Part shown: piece after piece, positions 58,312 to 64,000 of the stretch
Layout of the letters: the number at the start of each line of letters is the position of its first letter
How positions within the stretch are numbered: the first letter of the stretch is position 1
Assembly: GCA_021108005.1 (NCBI GenBank)
Contig: JAIORS010000218.1
Span: forward strand, 30,911 to 94,910
Origin: Candidatus Aegiribacteria sp.
GTDB taxonomy: Bacteria; Fermentibacterota; Fermentibacteria; Fermentibacterales; JCC-6
Direction: 5' to 3'
Length of the DNA stretch: 64,000 nucleotides
Translations under genes and position numbers: made by a program
The notes under the pieces: generated by a model
The model's input: only the letters and a program-made list of their open reading frames with translations
Told to the model about the DNA's origin: nothing
Database searches by the model: none

Positions 58312-59737
58312 CGGAATCGCCGCCTTCCAGCCGTGTTCCCATGAGTCTGAGGAAAGCAATCGCTGAAACCGTGATAAGCGTGGAAACAATAATGATAATG
58401 GCTCTCCAGCCGGGTCCCAGAGTTGCCAGGGGGCCAAACGCGATTGGGGGTATCACTGTCAGTACAACCACAAAGAAGCTGATTGGGAATATCTTTCGTC
58501 CAAGCCAGAAAAGGCTGAGAGCCATGAACAGGTTCGTTCCCAATGTCGCAAAGGCTGCTCCCAGAGCTCCAGCCACTGGAATCAAACGGAAGTTGAACCC
58601 TATGTTAAGCATGGCTCCGAACAGGGTCATACCGGCGATAAATTTAGTCTGCCCTGTAAGCAGACACCCCGTCTGGGAGACGAGGAACAACCCGTAAAGC
58701 GCTACAGCACCTGCAAGGGTAGGCAGAACTCTGGCGGCTGGAAGGAAGTTCCCCCCTCCTGCCAGAGGAACGATCCAGGCTGAAGACATGGCCAGTATCA
58801 GTGAACCCCAGTTGACAAGCAGCATGAAAAGCAACCCTGCTCTTCCCAGCTCGGCAAGCGTGCCTCCGGTTCTCTTTTTCCGGAAGATAAACCGCTTCCA
58901 TGCCATGTTGAAACCCAGAATCATCGGCATGAGAACAAGACAGGCTCTACTGGCCCATTCGTAATAACCGCTTTCAGCCATATCGGGATAAATACTTCTG
59001 AGCATGAACATGTCGGCCGAAGAAAGAACTATCATGGAAAGTGTTGCCGGAATGAGGGGAAGACTGAATCCGAGTATTTCCTTCGTGAGTCCTTCCTCTC
59101 CCTTCCGCTGTTTCGAATCAGCGGTTTTTCTCCACATCATTACCACTGCGATGAAGGCTATCAGGAAGGAAGGCGCCCACCTCGCGGTCATGAACGACGG
59201 AATAGCATCCATGGTTGATGAAAGAAGCAGCAGAATCAGAAGTCCCAGAGCCATAAACCCTCTGATCACCTGAAGGATAAGATACCTTCCGGCAAGGCCT
59301 GCGGCTCTTGGCAGGGTAAGAGCGATCTGAACGTATGCTATACCAATTCCCAGAAGGATCGCATGAAAAAGGTAATCCGGATGCTGAAGATTCAGAAACG
59401 ATTTCAGAAAGCCCTGCATGAACAGAATTGCCGCAATCATCAGCACAGATGGAACAAGTGGAAATGAAATTCCTTTTATAAGAACGCTCCTGTGCTGTGT
59501 TGTTCTTTGCCACGCTCTGATGAGCGCCGTCGGAAGGCCCAGAACCACAATGCCCGCAATGGCCTCCGCGATTATCCTCAATGTGCCCAGTTCTCCGGCA
59601 GCGTCAGCCGTGAGATATCGGGAGATGAAAGGCAGGAAAGCCACCTGAACCATTCCGCTGAAAATCATTGCCAGAGCATAAAAAACGGATTCCCGAGAAA
59701 GGTCTCTGTTATGCCCGGAAGTGGAATTATCAGTCAT
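58301..59737 (-). CDS. Wzx-like oligosaccharide flippase (MOP/polysaccharide biosynthesis protein family)
   Basis: About 12-14 predicted TM helices with family-typical size and position. Start taken at the Met 59737, which overlaps the upstream stop by 8 nt. Confidence 0.72.
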   Translation of the reverse strand: MTDNSTSGHNRDLSRESVFYALAMIFSGMVQVAFLPFISRYLTADAAGELGTLRIIAEAIAGIVVLGLPTALIRAWQRTTQHRSVLIKGISFPLVPSVLMIAAILFMQGFLKSFLNLQHPDYLFHAILLGIGIAYVQIALTLPRAAGLAGRYLILQVIRGFMALGLLILLLLSSTMDAIPSFMTARWAPSFLIAFIAVVMMWRKTADSKQRKGEEGLTKEILGFSLPLIPATLSMIVLSSADMFMLRSIYPDMAESGYYEWASRACLVLMPMILGFNMAWKRFIFRKKRTGGTLAELGRAGLLFMLLVNWGSLILAMSSAWIVPLAGGGNFLPAARVLPTLAGAVALYGLFLVSQTGCLLTGQTKFIAGMTLFGAMLNIGFNFRLIPVAGALGAAFATLGTNLFMALSLFWLGRKIFPISFFVVVLTVIPPIAFGPLATLGPGWRAIIIIVSTLITVSAIAFLRLMGTRLEGGDSDET

Positions 59738-60815
59738 CAGGCTCTCCCTCCCATCCCAGATTCCGGTATATCCTGTGAATCTCCTCGGCAACAGACAGCC
59801 AGTGGTGTTTTGCACTGACCCAGGAAGGGCCGGCCAGCGCATGTTTTTCCCTGAGTTCGCTGTCAAGGATAAGTTCCCGAAGGTCACGCTTCAATGTATC
59901 GGGAGTAGTAAGAAAAAATGGATGGTCCGGCAGGAAATCCTGATAAGCCCCGGAGAGATTGGTCACTGTGGCGATACCCATGGAAAGGCTTTCCAGGGAA
60001 TTTACGCCGTAACCCATATCCCCGCTTGCAACCTGATCTATCGCTATGTGACATGTAGCTTTCATTCTGAGAGCTTCAGCATTTGTCATATTTTCGATAA
60101 GCACAAGTTCTACCGGGATTTCCTTTGAGAGATCCTCAACGGCGCTTATTATCTCCTCGGTTCCTTTTACAGATCTTATCCTGGGCGCATGACATACACG
60201 TATCTTACCCGAGAGTGGTTCGGCATGGGGCACAGCGCTCTGATCAAATGGCAGAAATAAGTATTCGACTTCGGGATATCTCTGATAAAGGTCGAATTCA
60301 CATGTAAGGTTGAGATCCGTCGCCTCCCACACGGGCCTGATGGCTCCCCTTACTCTCAGATCCAAACCATGGTAGTAGCATACGATCTTCTTTCCGGCCT
60401 TTTTCAGGGCAATTACATCCCTGCCGTCTCTGTAGAAGCTCATCCCCCCCTCAAGGTGGTATATGTCAAAATCCCATAATCCATAATTCTCAGCAGCCCT
60501 GTTGATGATAGGTGTCCAGAACATATCCCTGGACCTGAGCATAAGTTTTTCAACCAGGCTGGGACTCCAGAATACGCGCTCGGAAGTTCCGGTAAGCGGA
60601 ATTTTCAGGCTGCCCGCTTTTACGAGTTTCTTGGTTCGTTTCAGCCAATCCATGGAACCGACAAAGGGAAGATTCAGGCATATATCCTCCTCGTAGAGGT
60701 TTACCGCCCTGTAAAAAGTAACGAGCCTGCTCTCGTGACCAAGCTCATTATGCCCACGAACAAATAGATCAATCGTTCCGGTATAGTTCTGAGGAGAAAG
60801 ATGGAGGATTTTCAT
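59730..60815 (-). CDS. GT-B-fold glycosyltransferase (GT4/GT1-like, divergent)
   Basis: Starts MKILHLSPQNYTG. The C-terminal region GYGVNSLESLSMGIATV resembles the E..G....EA...G.P motif region. It has an ATGA overlap with the upstream gene. Confidence 0.65.
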   Translation of the reverse strand: MKILHLSPQNYTGTIDLFVRGHNELGHESRLVTFYRAVNLYEEDICLNLPFVGSMDWLKRTKKLVKAGSLKIPLTGTSERVFWSPSLVEKLMLRSRDMFWTPIINRAAENYGLWDFDIYHLEGGMSFYRDGRDVIALKKAGKKIVCYYHGLDLRVRGAIRPVWEATDLNLTCEFDLYQRYPEVEYLFLPFDQSAVPHAEPLSGKIRVCHAPRIRSVKGTEEIISAVEDLSKEIPVELVLIENMTNAEALRMKATCHIAIDQVASGDMGYGVNSLESLSMGIATVTNLSGAYQDFLPDHPFFLTTPDTLKRDLRELILDSELREKHALAGPSWVSAKHHWLSVAEEIHRIYRNLGWEGEPDD

Positions 60816-62104
60816 GACAACGTTTTCCCCGCGAAGCTTTTTTTCCCAAGTAAATGAATTCCGGCTGCGGCGAGCATCGCGGCAGCTGCGAACTGGGCAA
60901 GGATTCCTGTCCACACGGGAATACCGATGGACGTTGCCATCGCCGCTCCGAAGAGGTCCGGAGTCCCCTCCGCGAAATTACTGAAAGCTGAAACAAGGGG
61001 AGATGAGGGATAGGTCCAGAGTACTGCATTCCGCGTAGCTTCTCCGAAAAGATCCGCGCTGGATGCCTGTTCAAGAAGGCTCGGATTGCTCCAGAAAGCG
61101 GGAATGCATACGACAATTCCAAGTATGGCGATTATCCGGAACGGTTTCCCTCCGGCATCCTTTCTGGTTAGCGGCAGCAGAAGAAACGGCAGCGTGGTGA
61201 AAAGGAAGCGGGGCCCCCATCCGGTACCGCCTGACCAGTCATGAAGCATACCATGAAAAACGAGAGAAAGAGCAAACGGGGTCCACAGCTTCCAGTCCTT
61301 CTGAAAAAACAGGGCAAAGACACAAAGAGGAGCGTAATACAGAAGCCCCTTGCCAGGGCTGAGAAGAAGCCCGGGTATACCGCCTTTGAATGGTTCGATA
61401 GCAATCGCGGGATCCTGTCCATGGCCGTCAAGGAACGGGCTTCCAAACCTGTACAAGTTCAAAAACAACATAAGAAATACAAATGGAGCGAGTCCCAGGG
61501 CCAGTTTTTTCATTCCCTTCCAATCGCTCCAGAACAGGGGGAGCAGAAGAAGGCTGTCAGTTCTCACAAGAATGGCAAGTCCGAGACAGAGACCCGCCGC
61601 GAACATTCTGCCTTGAAGTGAAAAATAGAAGCCAGCCATTCCGGCAGCGGCAGCAGCGGTAACATCGAAAGTCATTTTTCCGTAGACGAGAACCATTCCA
61701 CATATAGCAATGGCTATGAATCGAGGAATAGAAACATCCGAGTACTTTTTCAGGGCGGAAGCGTACCAGAATCCAACCAGCGCAAGGCTGAAACCCGAGT
61801 TTATCAGGGCTGACGCGATTTTTCCTCCGTTCAGACCCATAAATTTACCCGCAAGTGCGGCAGGTATGAGGAGGATGGAGAATCCAGCCCCGTGGGGAAC
61901 GAAAAGGCCGGGTCTTGTTCCCGTCACAGTCCAACCGTAATCCCCCGAAACCGTCATGAACGATCTCTGGCCAACGAAAGAGCCGGCAACTTCGTACTGA
62001 GCAAGAGCATCAGTTGTATACATCCTCCCGCCGAAAACAAATACAAGTAGCGATGCCCACAGGAAAATCACGGAATGAAGACGGGATTTCTGAACTTGCT
62101 CCAC
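60812..62104 (-). CDS. Polytopic membrane protein, GT-C-like glycosyltransferase or Wzy-type polymerase candidate
   Basis: About 11 hydrophobic helices. The GTG at 62104 overlaps the upstream TAG by 1 nt. The upstream 47 codons of the track ORF overlap the FemAB-like gene. Confidence 0.55.
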   Translation of the reverse strand: MEQVQKSRLHSVIFLWASLLVFVFGGRMYTTDALAQYEVAGSFVGQRSFMTVSGDYGWTVTGTRPGLFVPHGAGFSILLIPAALAGKFMGLNGGKIASALINSGFSLALVGFWYASALKKYSDVSIPRFIAIAICGMVLVYGKMTFDVTAAAAAGMAGFYFSLQGRMFAAGLCLGLAILVRTDSLLLLPLFWSDWKGMKKLALGLAPFVFLMLFLNLYRFGSPFLDGHGQDPAIAIEPFKGGIPGLLLSPGKGLLYYAPLCVFALFFQKDWKLWTPFALSLVFHGMLHDWSGGTGWGPRFLFTTLPFLLLPLTRKDAGGKPFRIIAILGIVVCIPAFWSNPSLLEQASSADLFGEATRNAVLWTYPSSPLVSAFSNFAEGTPDLFGAAMATSIGIPVWTGILAQFAAAAMLAAAGIHLLGKKSFAGKTLS

Positions 62105-63072
62105 TAAACGCTTCCGTACATGGTATTTCTGAAAATGCCTCTTGCTGAAAAAGATTCCTTGAACCGGCAGAGGCCGTAATTGACCTCCATGTTCAGTGTG
62201 AATGTTCCCAGATCCATATAATGATATCCCATCTGTTTTGCCCATCTTATGACTTCCATGTATACAAGGTTCACCGGCCTGAGTACCTGGTGCTCCTGAT
62301 CATGAGAAATGTAGAATGCAAGAGTTACCCTGGGATTGCAGTGGAACATCACCATTCCCGCAAGAACCTCTCCATCCAATGTGGCGATGAACTGCCTGAT
62401 ACGGTCTTTGCCAAGCAGGTTCCGGAGGTTTTCAAGCTCCTCAAGTGTATGGGTGGGTTTAACTCCATGACGCTGCTGGAGGTTGGATTCCAGCACATGG
62501 TAAAAGAGTGAGAAATCGGAGTTTTCCTCAACTTCAACGCCGCTCTTGACCGCTTTTCTGACACCTCTCAAAGCGGATGAACGAAAACCCAGCCTGAGTT
62601 CTTCTCCAAGCCTGCTGAGGTCAATTACGGCTGTCAGTTCCCTCTTCCTGTACTTGAATCCACGTTTTACAAGGGAGAATTCAAGGTAGTTGTTTGGTCT
62701 GCGGTAATAGATCATTGGTGGTGGTGTCATTTCAATCCCCCGGAATCCCTGAGATCTGCAGTACGATATGAGTTCGTCGATAATTCGTTCGATTTTACTC
62801 AGACCGAGCGAATCGTTGAAAACCGGACCACCGTAGGATGCCCCGGGGTAGGATCTGAACCATGTCCCATCCTCCCTTTCTGTCAGAGCACCGGGGATTA
62901 CGGATACAATACCGTTTTTACTTTCAGAAATAAGGTGATGATTTCTGAATCTGCCTTCAGGATGATAGTCCAGAAAATCGGGTAGATGGAAAACGGTACC
63001 GTTGTTGGAACGTAGAATGAAATCTGTCCATCTTTTCCTTTCACCGGGTTCAATCTGTCTGATTGATATCAT
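62104..63072 (-). CDS. FemAB-like / GNAT-fold (Acetyltransf_6-like) protein
   Basis: 322 aa. The N-terminal W..F......G.VFH...FLDYH and the overall size resemble FemAB-family or BioF2-like acyl/aminoacyl transferases found in EPS loci. Tentative. Confidence 0.55.
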   Translation of the reverse strand: MISIRQIEPGERKRWTDFILRSNNGTVFHLPDFLDYHPEGRFRNHHLISESKNGIVSVIPGALTEREDGTWFRSYPGASYGGPVFNDSLGLSKIERIIDELISYCRSQGFRGIEMTPPPMIYYRRPNNYLEFSLVKRGFKYRKRELTAVIDLSRLGEELRLGFRSSALRGVRKAVKSGVEVEENSDFSLFYHVLESNLQQRHGVKPTHTLEELENLRNLLGKDRIRQFIATLDGEVLAGMVMFHCNPRVTLAFYISHDQEHQVLRPVNLVYMEVIRWAKQMGYHYMDLGTFTLNMEVNYGLCRFKESFSARGIFRNTMYGSV

Positions 63073-64000
63073 CGTACTACTGCAATCCTGCTTCTGATCG
63101 TATCACTGTCAGTCTCAACAATGACGATATACACACCACTGGCCAGCAGGGCTCCATCCAATGTTCCGTCCCAGGTCCATTCTTCCCAGCTGTCCGCCTG
63201 AACACTCCCCAGATACTCACCTGTCAGGGAAAAGAATTTAACTGAAACCGGTTCAGCGGTTCCCGACCAGACGATATGAAGTTCTTCCTCGGAAGGAAGG
63301 TAAGGTTGCGGGTAGAAAAGCAGATCCGGGCTTTCCATATGGTTCTGATGCGGGGAAATCGACCACAGGCCTATAAGCGATGAGAAGGAAATCGTTCCGT
63401 TTTCAGGATTGATTGAGCTGAATTCATTCTCCGTTCTGCTTGTAGGCATGTAGATTGAATTTGAACCGGTGAATTCAGTTACATCCGATCCGGCAACACT
63501 GTAAATCGCGTTCTCTGTCATGCACCAGATTACCCCGTCATTGCCCACCTGCATAGCTTTGACCGAACCGGCAATTCCTGTTACCTCAACAAATACGCTG
63601 CCGTTCCAGCGACATAGACCGTTTCCAGTCCCTGCAAAGATATCCCCGTCAGCATTTCCGGCAAAACAGAATACCTGGTTTGAGGGTAGTCCCCATGAGG
63701 CATCGTATACCTGACCGTATCCGGGATACCAGGTATCGGAGGATTTGTCCATGGGATCTCCTCCGTGAACAAGAAGCTGACAACCTCCTTCGGAAGCAAA
63801 AGCTATCCAGAGACTGTCCTGTCCGCAGGGATAAACCGTCTGAATGTTCTTGCTGGCAAGACCATCCTTTTCGGTTCTTGTAGTCCACTGGAGGTTTCCC
63901 TGTTCAGGCTCACCGGATACTGCTGTAATGCCGCTTGGTTCATCTGGCGTCTGCCAGTAAGCCTTCTGGGCAACAAGAAGGGCGCTGCCCTGCGATGCGA
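63069..64000 (-). CDS. Second Reg_prop-like propeller protein with FlgD-Ig-like sorting tail (5' end beyond the window)
   Basis: The frame is open from 63069 to the window end; upstream of the track Met it reads ...LWIAFASEGGCQLLVHGGDP. It has units DIFAGTGNGLCRW and VIWCMTENAIYSV. The tail YPQPYLPSEEE...ASGVYIVIV...SRIAVVR parallels the 53302-55503 protein. Confidence 0.7.
   Translation of the reverse strand, partial: ASQGSALLVAQKAYWQTPDEPSGITAVSGEPEQGNLQWTTRTEKDGLASKNIQTVYPCGQDSLWIAFASEGGCQLLVHGGDPMDKSSDTWYPGYGQVYDASWGLPSNQVFCFAGNADGDIFAGTGNGLCRWNGSVFVEVTGIAGSVKAMQVGNDGVIWCMTENAIYSVAGSDVTEFTGSNSIYMPTSRTENEFSSINPENGTISFSSLIGLWSISPHQNHMESPDLLFYPQPYLPSEEELHIVWSGTAEPVSVKFFSLTGEYLGSVQADSWEEWTWDGTLDGALLASGVYIVIVETDSDTIRSRIAVVR

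Overview
The window looks like a metagenome-type bacterial contig from an FCB-superphylum-like organism. That placement is an inference from seven secreted proteins carrying T9SS/FlgD-Ig-type C-terminal sorting domains.

Gene layout, left to right:
- 1-1561: partial tuf preceded by the classic tRNA-Thr/Tyr/Gly/Thr operon.
- 1.6-9.6 kb: secreted hydrolases (endonuclease I, M1 aminopeptidase, a repeat propeller) and a MacB-type ABC pair.
- 9.6-24 kb: an accessory-looking, decay-rich stretch.
  - A near-identical 222-bp direct repeat brackets a three-gene cassette.
  - There is a truncated asparagine-synthase-like start and a GT2 plus radical-SAM/SPASM pair.
  - A GT39/ArnT-like gene is broken by a frameshift and an in-frame TAG.
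  - It also holds an AT-rich orphan gene, a C11 peptidase, an IS91-type transposase fragment, TrmB regulators (one a fragment), an FG-GAP protein and an orphan lipoprotein.
- 24-31.4 kb (minus strand): a tightly coupled operon of GT4, aspartate kinase, UppP and two paralogous TPR plus small-beta-barrel proteins.
- 31.7-38.5 kb: a TetR-headed operon with a LolA-like protein, two FtsX permeases, an ATPase and two outer-membrane-type proteins.
- 39-43.8 kb: a TetR/MFP/RND efflux operon.
- 44-48 kb: housekeeping genes (CCA enzyme, Gate-domain protein, IMPACT-like protein, Eis-like GNAT).
- 48.1-64 kb (minus strand): a long Wzx-type polysaccharide locus that also contains murB, a FemAB-like gene and two propeller proteins with sorting tails.

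No rRNA, CRISPR array, intact transposase or integrase was seen. All family calls come from motifs read by eye and need HMM/BLAST confirmation. Hand-derived coordinates may be off by a base or two.
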